This document shows positions 63,961-64,000 of a DNA stretch of 64,000 nucleotides, piece after piece. The translations under genes and the position numbers were made by a program. Under the pieces are notes generated by a model. It saw nothing but the letters and a program-made list of their open reading frames with translations. It made no database searches and had not been told where the DNA came from. Within the stretch, counting starts at the first letter, position 1; each line of letters begins with the position of its first letter. The DNA lies in NCBI RefSeq assembly GCF_006345805.1, contig NC_043002.1, positions 77,686,001-77,750,000 of the forward strand, in the 5' to 3' direction. Source of the stretch: Octopus sinensis. Taxonomy: Eukaryota.

Positions 63961-64000
63961 TTAATACCCAGTGATATATTAACTTCATACAAATTTCTGA

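Overview
AT-rich, CpG-depleted animal genomic DNA, most likely a cephalopod (octopus). That assignment is an inference from the H2A variant AQRV...AVMEY and the SINE/RTE families. No complete protein-coding gene is visible. Most listed ORFs are translations of microsatellites or of decayed transposons. The window is dominated by mobile DNA: RTE, CR1, L2-like and RLE (R4/Dong-like) LINE fragments; Penelope-like (GIY-YIG) fragments with hammerhead-ribozyme-like motifs; several tRNA-headed SINE families; mariner/Tc1 relics; pogo- and piggyBac-like MITEs; a non-autonomous Helitron; and several long hairpins. There is a 100-N assembly gap at 14366-14465. The most notable item is an uninterrupted 143-bp piece of histone H2A coding sequence sandwiched between two tandem RTE 3'-UTR copies. 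Also notable are the hammerhead-like motifs, a mariner built from two inverted 5' ends, a decayed LRR-like tandem array, and a CpG-rich candidate signal-peptide first exon at about 61.4 kb. Host-gene exon calls are speculative. All family assignments rest on motif recognition, not database searches, and many boundaries are approximate.
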